From sequence record DRR723986_11381: 52,705 nucleotides of DNA. The stretch is one strand, 5' to 3'. The position numbers and the translations under genes were made by a program. Below the pieces are notes generated by a model that was given only the letters and a program-made list of their open reading frames with translations, had not been told where the DNA came from and searched no databases. Below are positions 10,108 to 19,813 of the stretch, piece by piece (positions within the stretch are counted from its first letter, which is position 1; the number at the start of each line of letters is the position of its first letter).

Positions 10108-11292
10108 CTAGTCAATCTCCAGCGAAAGCGGCAGCTCCTCTAGCATCGCGGGCTCTTGGAAAATGTGGAGTTGAGTGCCAGTCGGAATCGCAGCCAATTT
10201 GGCTTTGCGCTGTTGGTCCAGTGGACGTTCTGCGAGTTCACGGATCGCGATTGCTTTGACTTGTTCAGGGAAACGCCGCGCAAGGAAACGGTAAATTTCC
10301 GGGTCCTTCTCTCCACTGTCACCGACCAAGATAAACTTTCGATCAGGCAGCCGTCGAAAGATATTGATGATGATGCTAACCTTCTTATTGCGACGAAGCG
10401 GCCGGAACCTCTTCAACATCTCTGATCGAACGTTGAAGTAATTTAGGTGCATACTACCGTTCGGAAAATCGCTATTCTCACACAACTCAGCCAGCGGCCC
10501 ATAGAGCTGCCAGGGGCTGCTTGAAACGTAGTGAAAACAGCATCCCAGTTGCTGCCAATGGCAATACAGATTTGCCATTCCTTCAATCACCTCGAATGGA
10601 CGCAAGAAGGTGTTCGCTAACATCTCCCGCTTGTGCGTCGCATCAGTGAATTTGATTGTGTCATCAATATCGCTGATCACACTTAGCCCTGTCTGGGGCA
10701 CCATGTGAATAGTGCCTTTGACGGCTCCCTGATGACCAGGCAACTTCAGAGTCGCCTCCAAGGTCGCGTGGCATTCAGCACCATCATTGGGCGTCTGCGT
10801 TTGCCAATTCTCCGGCAGGTCAATAGTTGAGTAGAAGCCACCGCTGTTCTTGGTGCGTCCACGCAAACGGAACGCCTTCTTCCCGACTTTCAAAACGATA
10901 CGTCGGCGTTTACCGGGCGCGGCCAGGAATCCACCAATCCGATGCTGAAACGTCTCGCTGGCAACCTGTTCTGGCGACGCGCGCATGGCGCGTTTGAGCC
11001 CCTTCAAGAGAAGCCGGGTGCCCAGCGGAATTCGGCTGACGTCGAAAACACGCCCATGCACGTGCGCTCGCCACGCTTCTCTTCGAGCGTCGTAGTATCC
11101 CAGCCCAGGAAATAAGACCGCTTCCTGCCCAGGCTTGAGATTTGAGAATGAGTGTCGAAGACGCTTCTTCAACGCGATACCCTGTGTTGCTATTTCGCTA
11201 GATAGTTTTTTTCGCTGGGTTGTTACTTGCCGCGTTATTACTTTGCTGGTGAGCCGGCGGGCTTTGCAGTCCGGCGCTGCGAAAACATCCAC
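10108..11292 (-). CDS. App1-family (DUF2183) phosphatidate phosphatase-like protein
   Basis: VISDIDDTIK (DxDDT), FHYVSSSPWQLY and FILVGDSGEKDPEIY. The true start is probably downstream of 11292 because the ORF overlaps the next gene. Confidence 0.85.
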   Translation of the reverse strand: MDVFAAPDCKARRLTSKVITRQVTTQRKKLSSEIATQGIALKKRLRHSFSNLKPGQEAVLFPGLGYYDARREAWRAHVHGRVFDVSRIPLGTRLLLKGLKRAMRASPEQVASETFQHRIGGFLAAPGKRRRIVLKVGKKAFRLRGRTKNSGGFYSTIDLPENWQTQTPNDGAECHATLEATLKLPGHQGAVKGTIHMVPQTGLSVISDIDDTIKFTDATHKREMLANTFLRPFEVIEGMANLYCHWQQLGCCFHYVSSSPWQLYGPLAELCENSDFPNGSMHLNYFNVRSEMLKRFRPLRRNKKVSIIINIFRRLPDRKFILVGDSGEKDPEIYRFLARRFPEQVKAIAIRELAERPLDQQRKAKLAAIPTGTQLHIFQEPAMLEELPLSLEID

Positions 11293-12086
11293 TCGTAAAT
11301 TTCGTCGTTTCGGTACGTTTCCGTCCAGCTATCGTGACCAGCTTCGGGATACTCCGTGTAACGAGGCTCAGAGTCGGCATCCTTCAAGCTCTTGATCATC
11401 TTCCGAGAGAATTCCACAGGCACCACACGATCTTTAGCACCATGGAAGCACCACACAGGAGTTCTGGAAACCTCTTTCGCTGTGGAGGGATCTGCACCAC
11501 CGCAGATTGGCAGTGCTGCAGCGAACATGTCTGGGTGTCTCGCGATTGCATCCCACGTCCCGTAGCCGCCCATCGACAAGCCAGTAATGTAGACACGCTT
11601 GCTATCGATGGCGGACTTCTCAAGCATCGTCGCGACAAGCTCGAGTGTTAGGGTCAACGACTGACTCTGTTTCGCAGGGAACTTCACATCCGGTTGAGTC
11701 CAATCGACATCGGCCCATTTCTCATTCTTAGGGCATTGCGGTGCGAGGACATAACACGGATATGTATCGCGAATCTTTGGTCGCAAGAAATCAGCCGTGC
11801 CATGCTTGAGTTGGGCGGTATTGTCGTCGCCACGCTCACCGGCACCGTGCAAGAAAATTACCAGCGGGTACTTCTCTGTTGGATCATAGTCTTTTGGTTT
11901 TAGCAGCCGGTAGTTGAGAGTCGCTACCTTGCCATCAATCTCTTGACTGAACTGACGAGGTTCAAATGCCTGTTCTGGCGTCATCTTATCCTCGGCATTT
12001 GCTGTATCGAAGGTGCCCAATTGGATGATCGCCAGAGCGAATAGACAAGCCGTACGTCCGAGCTGAACCCGATGCCAATTTTTCAA
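11238..12086 (-). CDS. Secreted alpha/beta-hydrolase (predicted peptidase/phospholipase)
   Basis: Signal peptide; YPLVIFLHGAGERGDDN, VLAPQCP, GLSMGGYG nucleophile elbow, FHGAKD, GHDSW. Confidence 0.9.
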   Translation of the reverse strand: MKNWHRVQLGRTACLFALAIIQLGTFDTANAEDKMTPEQAFEPRQFSQEIDGKVATLNYRLLKPKDYDPTEKYPLVIFLHGAGERGDDNTAQLKHGTADFLRPKIRDTYPCYVLAPQCPKNEKWADVDWTQPDVKFPAKQSQSLTLTLELVATMLEKSAIDSKRVYITGLSMGGYGTWDAIARHPDMFAAALPICGGADPSTAKEVSRTPVWCFHGAKDRVVPVEFSRKMIKSLKDADSEPRYTEYPEAGHDSWTETYRNDEIYEWMFSQRRTAKPAGSPAK

Positions 12087-12142
12087 GCGACTGTTCCTTT
12101 TGTATTGAGAAATCTTGAATCAGCGCCGACTGGCACCCAACA

Positions 12143-13078
12143 CTAAGCATCAACCATGTCACGCGCATGGTAGCTCGACCGCACGAACGGGCCGCTTGCC
12201 ACTTGCTCAAACCCCATCTGCTCTGCGACTCTGCCCAGTTCGGCAAATTCTCCAGGTGGAACGTAACGCACAACTGGCAGATACTTCTTACCGGGCTGAA
12301 GGTACTGCCCCAGCGTTAGGAAGTCACAATCGTGTTCACGCAGGTCGGCGAGGCAGTTGATGACTTCTTCGCGTTCTTCCCCCAATCCGAGCATGAGACC
12401 ACTTTTGGTTTTTACTTCCGGATAAAGCTCTTTGACTCGCGAAAGCAACTCAAGCGTCCAGTTGTATACGCTCTTGGGGCCACGAACACGCCGATACAGC
12501 CGAGGCACTGTTTCCATGTTGTGATTGAAGACTTCTGGACGAGCGTCCATGATCGTCTTTAGTTCGTGCTTCTGCTGCACAAAGTCAGGAGTGAGCACTT
12601 CGATGGTTGCTCCCGTCCGCTCGCGAACTGCTTCAATTGTCTCGCGGAAGTGGGCTGCGCCTCCGTCGGGCAAATCGTCCCGCGTCACAGATGTGATGAC
12701 GACGTGCTTTAGGCCAAGGCGGTGGGAGGCTTCGGCAACGCGTTGCGGCTCGTCTGCCTCAAGCGCTTCCGGCTTGCCTCGAGAGACAGCGCAGAATCCA
12801 CAGGGACGCGTACAGACGTTGCCCAGAATCATGAATGTGGCTGTCTTTTGCGAATAACACTCCATGCGATTGGGGCATTTCGCGTTGTCACAGACCGTTT
12901 CCAGGTTCAGCTCATCTAGCAAGCCGGCGGTGAAATTGTTGAAATTCCCCTTCGGCAGCTCACGTTTGAGCCAAGGCGGAAGGCGACGGGATGGCTCAAA
13001 ATCACTAGCGATGGCGGTGTGGCAACCGCCGGCGCCCCCCGAAGAGGCTTGATCGACAACTGGAAGCTCAAAACTCAT
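12143..13078 (-). CDS. lipA: Lipoyl synthase
   Basis: TVCDNAKCPNRMEC (CX4CX5C), CTRPCGFC radical-SAM motif, VITSVTRDDLPDGGA, GPFVRSSYHA. Confidence 0.97.
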   Translation of the reverse strand: MSFELPVVDQASSGGAGGCHTAIASDFEPSRRLPPWLKRELPKGNFNNFTAGLLDELNLETVCDNAKCPNRMECYSQKTATFMILGNVCTRPCGFCAVSRGKPEALEADEPQRVAEASHRLGLKHVVITSVTRDDLPDGGAAHFRETIEAVRERTGATIEVLTPDFVQQKHELKTIMDARPEVFNHNMETVPRLYRRVRGPKSVYNWTLELLSRVKELYPEVKTKSGLMLGLGEEREEVINCLADLREHDCDFLTLGQYLQPGKKYLPVVRYVPPGEFAELGRVAEQMGFEQVASGPFVRSSYHARDMVDA

Positions 13079-13345
13079 GCTTAGACCTAAATCGCCCCTG
13101 TTTGTGGCCATCCAGTGGTACACACCTGGCCCCAGACGCCTCACTAACGAACACCGTCCACTAACGAACTACGAACTCTGTGCTTAAGATTGTAGTCCTA
13201 GGTCTCAAATCAGCCACTCCTGAGCCGCCTCGTCAGTGCTGCTACGAATGCGGAAGCCAGATGGCTGTGGAAAAGAGCCGCCGGCACCGGAAAGCTCTCC
13301 TCCATTTCGATCGAAAATGCCCAAGATATCCTGCGAGAGCGGCCA

Positions 13346-13924
13346 GTGAGCAAGAAAAACTCGAAACCGACGCGTCCCAAGCCCACCAAAGCAAAGGCAA
13401 AGAGTGGGAATGCAAAATCGGGAAAGACCGACAAGAAAGGGAAGGGCGGGGCGGCTGCTTCTAAGCCTCAAATCAAAATCATCAGCGATAATCGCAAGGT
13501 TAGGCACCACTACGAGATCCTCGAGTCGGTCGAGTGCGGCATGATCCTGCGAGGCAGCGAAGTCAAAAGCCTTCGCAACGGGAAGTGCCAGTTGGATGAG
13601 GCCTACGGGCGAGTCAAAGACGCCACGCTTTGGCTCGTCGGTTGCAATATCGCTGAATACCCGCAGGCGACGGTCTGGAATCACGAGCCCAAAAGGCCCC
13701 GGCAGCTTCTCGTATCGAAACGTGAAATGAATCGCTTCATGGGCAAAGCGAAGGAAAAGGGGCTCACCTTGGTGCCGCTGCGTCTGTATTTCAGTGAACG
13801 TGGACTGGCGAAATGCGAGATGGCTCTCTGTCGAGGACTGAAAATTCACGACAAACGAGAGAAAATGAAAAAGGATGACGCAAGGCGCGAAATTGAAAGG
13901 GCCGTTCGTCGTAGTGGTCGATAG
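13346..13924 (+). CDS. smpB: SsrA-binding protein SmpB
   Basis: NRKVRHHYEI, GMILRGSEVKSLR, NHEPKRPRQLL, GLTLVPLRLYF, HDKRE; Lys-rich N-terminal extension. Confidence 0.95.
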   Translation: MSKKNSKPTRPKPTKAKAKSGNAKSGKTDKKGKGGAAASKPQIKIISDNRKVRHHYEILESVECGMILRGSEVKSLRNGKCQLDEAYGRVKDATLWLVGCNIAEYPQATVWNHEPKRPRQLLVSKREMNRFMGKAKEKGLTLVPLRLYFSERGLAKCEMALCRGLKIHDKREKMKKDDARREIERAVRRSGR

Positions 13925-14035
13925 GCCCACGATGTGGCTCGCCGCCAAGATATTAATTCGCAGACTTCGCCCCGACCTCCGACCGCTGTTGCAGCCAGCC
14001 ACTCCTACCCTGCATCCCCTCCACAGAAACCAGCC

Positions 14036-14710
14036 ATGCTCCATATCAAAGACTTGAAGAAGTCGTATCGACTGCCTGATGGAACCTCACTGCCGATCCT
14101 TGATATTCAGCAATTTTCGATCGCACAGAGCGAGCAAGCCGTCTTGCTTGGCGAGAGTGGCGGAGGCAAGACGACACTCCTGCACTGCATCGCGGGCATC
14201 GTGCGTCCGGACAGCGGCAGTATCAAGATTGACGAAATAGAACTCACGACACTTTCAGAAGCCGGGCGAGATCGCGTCCGAGCGGCCAAGTTGGGATACG
14301 TCTTTCAAACCTTCAACTTGCTAGATGGATTTACGGCCCTTGAAAACGTTCGCTTGGGCATGACCTTTGCCAGCAAGAAGAAAGACACCGCGCGGGCCGT
14401 ACAATTACTAGAACGCGTTGGCTTGAAAGACCGCCTGCACAATCGCCCCAACGCGCTTTCGGTCGGGCAGCAGCAACGCGTGGCCGTCGCCCGAGCCCTG
14501 GCTAACAAACCACGACTACTGTTGGCCGACGAGCCGACGGCCAATATCGACCCAGCAAACCAACAGGTCATCATTGACCTCATCCGCGATACATGTCGAG
14601 AAGAGAACATCGCGCTGCTAATGGTGACGCATTCACAGACGGTTGCGGAACAGTTTGATCGTGTTGAAGACTTATCACAATTCAACCATCAATCGGCACA
14701 CGCTGGCTAG
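14036..14710 (+). CDS. ABC transporter ATP-binding protein (LolD/MacB-like)
   Basis: Walker A GESGGGKT, signature LSVGQQQRVAVARAL, Walker B LLADEPT, VTH switch. Confidence 0.93.
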   Translation: MLHIKDLKKSYRLPDGTSLPILDIQQFSIAQSEQAVLLGESGGGKTTLLHCIAGIVRPDSGSIKIDEIELTTLSEAGRDRVRAAKLGYVFQTFNLLDGFTALENVRLGMTFASKKKDTARAVQLLERVGLKDRLHNRPNALSVGQQQRVAVARALANKPRLLLADEPTANIDPANQQVIIDLIRDTCREENIALLMVTHSQTVAEQFDRVEDLSQFNHQSAHAG

Positions 14711-14847
14711 CAACAAACTCCGGCGATACAAATTGCAATTTGCATGACACCGGCAATAGCTCGCAAAAAGCGCATCGACGGGCATCTAAAGATTTTCGAT
14801 AACGCTCCAACCGCAGATCACACCAAACGCATATCCAGGTAAAAGAG

Positions 14848-16224
14848 ATGAACCTGTTTCATATCGCCGTTCGCAACATGCAACAACGTGGCCTCGCGAC
14901 CGTGTTGACGATGTTCAGCATGACATTGGGCGTCACGCTGGTCGTCCTGGTGCTAAGCCTGAGTTGGCTGATCACGGAGTCGTTCGATCGCAACAGTAAC
15001 GTCGGTTACAACCTGATCGTCGGAGCCAAGGGCGGCTCGCTGCAGCTTGCTCTGAACACCGTTTTCTACCTGAGCAAACCGATCGAGGTCATCCCCTACG
15101 AAGAGTACCTTGAGTTGATCCCTGGCGAAGACGGACGACGCGACGAAATCAAGAAAATCGGCGGACGCGTCGCTGAACCTGAGCGACCGGGGCTCTACAA
15201 CGGCTACACCTCAGGCGGCTTTGCAATACCGATATGCATGGGGGACTACTATGGCCCGTTCCGAGTTGTCGGAACGACTAGCGACTTTTTCGAGCAACTG
15301 CGCTACGGACGAGCATCCGACCAAAAATACACCTTCCGTGATGGCCGCAATCTACAGGATTACTCCGAGGAGTATGGATACAACGAGGCCGTGCTTGGGG
15401 CCCACGTTGCGACCCAGATGAAGAAGAATGTTGGAGACACCTTCAAGACGACTCATGGCGATCCAGAGGGAGCTGGGCACGGCATTGAATTCACTGTCGT
15501 TGGCGTCCTAGATGCAACGGGCACGCCCAATGACCGAGCTGCGTTCATCAACTTGGAAGGCTTCTACAAACTAGAGGGACATGCTCGTGTTTTCGAAGAC
15601 GCCTCCAACCCTGATGAGGAGAAAGTTGACGTTGAACGCGTCGATAATGGCACACCAGCTCGACTGCCGCTCGAACAACGCGACTTGACGGCAATCTTGG
15701 TAAAAGCGGGCTCTCCCATGTTCGCAGTAGGGCTACAGCGGCCACTCAACAAGCGTCTTCGCACTCAGGCTGTTTCACCGATCGAAGAAATCACCCGTAT
15801 GCTCGCTGCCTTCGTCCAACCGGTGCAGCGTGCGTTCTTGGCACTCACGATCGTGGTGTGCATCGTCAGTGCAATTAGTATCCTGGTCAGCATCTACAAT
15901 TCGATGGCTGGCCGCAAGCGTGACATCGCTGTCATGCGGGCACTGGGGGCTCGCCGTGATGCAGTCACCGCGATCGTACTTCTGGAGTCACTAATGATCG
16001 CCATTGGTGGTGGTTTGGCAGGTTGGTTTGCAGGTCACATGATCGGAGTCCTCTGCAGCAACTGGATCGAGTCGCAGACCGGAATCACGGTAACCTTCTT
16101 CAACACAATGACTTACTACGAATTCCTGCTTGTACCCGGCCTGATTGTGCTGGCAACCATTGCTGGCTTCATCCCCGCTGTGGTAGCATACCGCACTGAC
16201 GTTTCGAAGAATCTGAGCGCCTAG
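14848..16224 (+). CDS. ABC transporter permease (MacB/FtsX family)
   Basis: N-terminal TM, large periplasmic domain (VGAKGGSLQL), and RKRDIAVMRALGA followed by three TM segments. Confidence 0.9.
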   Translation: MNLFHIAVRNMQQRGLATVLTMFSMTLGVTLVVLVLSLSWLITESFDRNSNVGYNLIVGAKGGSLQLALNTVFYLSKPIEVIPYEEYLELIPGEDGRRDEIKKIGGRVAEPERPGLYNGYTSGGFAIPICMGDYYGPFRVVGTTSDFFEQLRYGRASDQKYTFRDGRNLQDYSEEYGYNEAVLGAHVATQMKKNVGDTFKTTHGDPEGAGHGIEFTVVGVLDATGTPNDRAAFINLEGFYKLEGHARVFEDASNPDEEKVDVERVDNGTPARLPLEQRDLTAILVKAGSPMFAVGLQRPLNKRLRTQAVSPIEEITRMLAAFVQPVQRAFLALTIVVCIVSAISILVSIYNSMAGRKRDIAVMRALGARRDAVTAIVLLESLMIAIGGGLAGWFAGHMIGVLCSNWIESQTGITVTFFNTMTYYEFLLVPGLIVLATIAGFIPAVVAYRTDVSKNLSA

Positions 16225-16325
16225 CTCTCGGTGAACCAGCCTGTTTCGCTTGGCCTTGCGTCCAAACACACTCGACGCATCGGTGCCGCCGCTATCGCGC
16301 TAACCAAGCTCGCGACGGCGGTACG

Positions 16326-18923
16326 TTGCCACTTCCATTATTCCGACGACTCGAAAAAGAACTCTTACCATCCATCGGCCAGTCGATTGCACGGATGCCG
16401 ATGGTCTGGTGTGTCGGCCTGCTCGTCGTCGGGATCGCCACTGAACCAGTGGTCGCCATCCCTTGGTTGTGCCTGTCCACTCTCGTAGTTGCTTTACTAA
16501 CGCTTGGGCTTTCGACTAGACATTCTCGATGGCAGAACGTTGGAGTGCTCGTCGCAGGACTTTCTGCAGTGCTTGCTGGGCACACACTTTCTACGCTCCA
16601 GGCACCGCCTTCAGACGATCCGCTCAGCCGAATGGCCACTCGCGCGGGTCAGCCTATCGCCTTGAAAGGCGTTATCCGATCGGCGGCAAGTTGGCGTCCA
16701 AATCCAAATCACCGGCCGGAGGCCCCGAACAGCAAACCCTGGAGAACACACTGGGAGATACTTTGCACCGGAGTCATGGTCGATGAAGACTGGGTTGCGA
16801 CGCGTGCATTCACGACGCTTTCAACCGACGGCCGCGTAAGTGATCTGCTACCGGGAGACCGAGTTACGGTCTGGGGCAGCTACCGCGCTTTGCCGAAGGC
16901 TACCAACCCAGGCGAGTTTGATCTGGCCGAAGCCATGCGACTTCGACACCAGTTCTGGAGCGTGAATGCTGACAGTCGCGACCAGATCGAATCAAACGGC
17001 AACAGCGGATTGCATCCCGTGCGTAGAGTTCAGGCACGGGTCGCTCGCCGCGTCGATTCTTGGCTGCGGCGCTCAGTAGGACCGCAGCATGCACCATTGG
17101 CGGCTGCATTGATCATCGGCCAACGTGAGCAAGTCGATTGCCAACAGCAAGAGGAACTAATGGCAACCGGCACGCTCCACCTGCTGGCAATCAGCGGACT
17201 CCATCTCGAAATCGTGGCGTCGCTAGCCAAGCTGCTATGTGTTGGCTTTCGTTTCCGCCCTCGCACGCAGTGCTTTCTCCCAATCGCCGTTTGCTTGGCA
17301 TACGCGATTCTTGCGGGTGGGAAACCGCCCGTCCTGAGGGCACTGATCATTGTTTCAACGATCAACATCGCGCACCTTTACGGACGCCAGTCACGCATCG
17401 CCAACACGCTTGCTTTCGCAGGATTCGTCATTCTGGTGATGCGCACGGCCAATCTATCAAATGTTGGAGTTCAACTCTCGTTCGTCGCCGTCGCCTCTCT
17501 GGCGCTCCTTAGTCCGGAAAAGAAGGACTCCTCAGACATCAACTCACGTCTCAGAAGTCTCACCGATCGATCGCGAGGGATACTCTCACTGCTCCTGTTC
17601 CAGATCATTCGATTCGTGACAACCTCCCTTCGCATCAGCACCTGTGTCTGGCTGGCGACTTGCCCATTGATTTGGATGCACTTCCATGTATTGCCGTGGA
17701 TTGCAATTCCATTGAACGTGCTGATCTCGATTCCGCTGTCGCTTGGGTTAGTCTCAGGCCTGATTACTGGCTTGATCGGTTGGTGCGAGCCGTTGGCGAA
17801 CATGTTTGGATTTGCGTGCAAGTATTGCCTGTCAATCGTGCAGAGTATTGTCGAGTATGGGTACCACTTCCCGGCCGGACACGTGTGGCTTCCCGCCCCA
17901 GCTACTGCTTGGGTCTTGTGTTACTACTCAACGTGCCTCGTCTGGTTGGTCGTACTGCGAGGCAAAAAGCTCGGCAGGCTTGCGTGCATTCTCGTCGCTC
18001 TGATTACCGCTCAAGTGCTTGCATTTGCTTTTGGGCCAAGCGGTTTCTTGGGTCAACCGACGGCCCCAGCAGTTTCAGCAGAGCTCACGGAATTGCGGTG
18101 CACTTTTCTTGACGTAGGGCACGGAACCAGTGTGATTATTGAACTGCCCGATGGCAAAATCTGGCTGTACGACGCTGGACAGATGGGCAGGCCACTTCGC
18201 AGTTTCGAAAATATCGCCGAAGCACTCTGGGACTTGCAGGCGGCAGCGGTTGATAGACTAATCGTGTCTCATGCCGATGCAGATCATTACAATGGTGTAC
18301 TTGGACTTTCGAAGCGGTTCCGCATTGGAACGATCGCAAGCACGCCGCAGTTTTGGAGAAGCCACGATACTCCTGTTCGCGACACACTTGCGGGGATCAC
18401 AGACCAGGGCATACCGACCGAATCATGGTATGCGTCTCGGATCGAAGGTGAAGGGTCCGCAGGCGTGCAAGCAGGAGTTGCCTGGACAGTGTTGCATCCC
18501 AGCCGGGATTGGAAGTCGAGAAGCGACAATGCCGACAGTCTGTGTCTGCTGCTGGAATTCGCGGGAAAGTCGATTCTGCTTCCGGGCGACCTGGAAGCAG
18601 AGGGACTGGTCAGCCTGACTCGACTTCCGCCCCGCGGCATCGATGTGCTCATGGCTCCACACCACGGAAGCTCGACGCTAGATCCTGACGAGTTGCTTCG
18701 TTGGTGCCGACCAAAATGGACTGTAATCAGCGGGAATCACCGAGCCGTTAGACCGTCGGTGCTGCGTCAGTATGCTGGCAAAACGAACAACCTTGCGATT
18801 ACGTTTGTTCACGGAGCCGTCCAAGTTCGGATCTCCGCCGGCGGTGCAATCGAGTGCGTCCACTACCAGGACGGTGAGTGGCTTCCGTTTACGGGCGATT
18901 CGCTCGTCGCCGTGCCACAATGA
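16326..18923 (+). CDS. comEC: ComEC/Rec2 competence protein
   Basis: NPGEFD OB region, TGTLHLLAISGLH, GVQLSF, and a C-terminal metallo-beta-lactamase domain (FLDVGHG, SHADADH, LLPGDLE, APHHGS). Confidence 0.92.
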   Translation: MPLPLFRRLEKELLPSIGQSIARMPMVWCVGLLVVGIATEPVVAIPWLCLSTLVVALLTLGLSTRHSRWQNVGVLVAGLSAVLAGHTLSTLQAPPSDDPLSRMATRAGQPIALKGVIRSAASWRPNPNHRPEAPNSKPWRTHWEILCTGVMVDEDWVATRAFTTLSTDGRVSDLLPGDRVTVWGSYRALPKATNPGEFDLAEAMRLRHQFWSVNADSRDQIESNGNSGLHPVRRVQARVARRVDSWLRRSVGPQHAPLAAALIIGQREQVDCQQQEELMATGTLHLLAISGLHLEIVASLAKLLCVGFRFRPRTQCFLPIAVCLAYAILAGGKPPVLRALIIVSTINIAHLYGRQSRIANTLAFAGFVILVMRTANLSNVGVQLSFVAVASLALLSPEKKDSSDINSRLRSLTDRSRGILSLLLFQIIRFVTTSLRISTCVWLATCPLIWMHFHVLPWIAIPLNVLISIPLSLGLVSGLITGLIGWCEPLANMFGFACKYCLSIVQSIVEYGYHFPAGHVWLPAPATAWVLCYYSTCLVWLVVLRGKKLGRLACILVALITAQVLAFAFGPSGFLGQPTAPAVSAELTELRCTFLDVGHGTSVIIELPDGKIWLYDAGQMGRPLRSFENIAEALWDLQAAAVDRLIVSHADADHYNGVLGLSKRFRIGTIASTPQFWRSHDTPVRDTLAGITDQGIPTESWYASRIEGEGSAGVQAGVAWTVLHPSRDWKSRSDNADSLCLLLEFAGKSILLPGDLEAEGLVSLTRLPPRGIDVLMAPHHGSSTLDPDELLRWCRPKWTVISGNHRAVRPSVLRQYAGKTNNLAITFVHGAVQVRISAGGAIECVHYQDGEWLPFTGDSLVAVPQ

Positions 18924-18963
18924 TCTCTGTTGCCGCAATGATCTCAGACGACAGCAGTTCAGC

Positions 18964-19518
18964 TTACGCGTCCTGCATCGCTTCCAATTGCTGCTTGAGG
19001 GCAGCCCGAGCGCGTGACAATCGACTGCGGACGGTGCCGATATTGATGTCCAAGATGGTCGCAATGTCTTCGTACGAAGTGCCCTCCATCTCGCGAAGGA
19101 CCAGGATACACTTGTGTTCGTCGGTCAACATGTTGAGCGCTCTGTGGACCAGAGCTACGCGTTCGCTTCGTAGAATTCGCTCGTCGGGTGCTTCGACGTG
19201 ATCTTCCGGGTCGCTTCCAGTGATCTCACGGCTCTGTTCGATCGAGAGGTCATTGCGTTTGCGACGCGCTCGACTGAGGGCGTTGTTGAAAGCGATCCGA
19301 TAGAGCCAAGTAAAGAGCTTACTGTTGCCCTGGAACGTATGGAGCTTCAAATAAGCCTGAACAAGGGTTTCCTGCACCACATCCTCCGCCTCATCATGAC
19401 TTCCAACGAATTGGAGCATGCCGTTGTATAAACGATCTTTGAAGCGATCGACCAACTCGGCGAACGCGGCCTTATCCCCGTCGAGTGTCGCCCGAATTAG
19501 TTCTTCTTCAGGTTTCAC
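18964..19518 (-). CDS. ECF RNA polymerase sigma-70 factor
   Basis: GDKAAFAELV, AEDVVQET, FTWLYRIAFN, SYEDIATILDINIGTVRSRLSRAR. GTG 19518 is the likely start. Confidence 0.92.
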   Translation of the reverse strand: MKPEEELIRATLDGDKAAFAELVDRFKDRLYNGMLQFVGSHDEAEDVVQETLVQAYLKLHTFQGNSKLFTWLYRIAFNNALSRARRKRNDLSIEQSREITGSDPEDHVEAPDERILRSERVALVHRALNMLTDEHKCILVLREMEGTSYEDIATILDINIGTVRSRLSRARAALKQQLEAMQDA

Positions 19519-19742
19519 AGAATTGGCCGCTTGATGGTCGTTACGAATTCGCCGCAGTTTGAGCCAGATACCAATAGGCGCGGAGGAAGCGGGTGACGCC
19601 AGGAAAATCCCCTGGTCGACACACGTCGCTACTATAGTGAGGGTGAGCTTGAGGAATGTCAAACACCCCCGAATGCGAATCCACGCCTGGATCGCTCCTA
19701 AGACGGCCCCGTCTCTTCATATTTCAGCAGAGCCATATCATG

Positions 19743-19777
19743 AAAAAAGGGGGCAGCCTCTTCAAAAGCTAGCCCCC
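19743..19777 (-). terminator. Intrinsic terminator
   Basis: The minus strand reads GGGGGCTAGC-TTTTGAAGAG-GCTGCCCCC-TTTTTT, just downstream of the 19814 stop. Confidence 0.7.
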
Positions 19778-19813
19778 AATTAAGCGTTTGTCAGTTCACA
19801 AGCGAAGTGAATT

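Noticed and set aside
13180-14044. tmRNA gene next to smpB, and the 279-aa antisense ORF 13205..14044
   Set aside because: No tRNA-like ends or tag reading frame were seen nearby. The antisense ORF is a shadow of smpB with no motifs.
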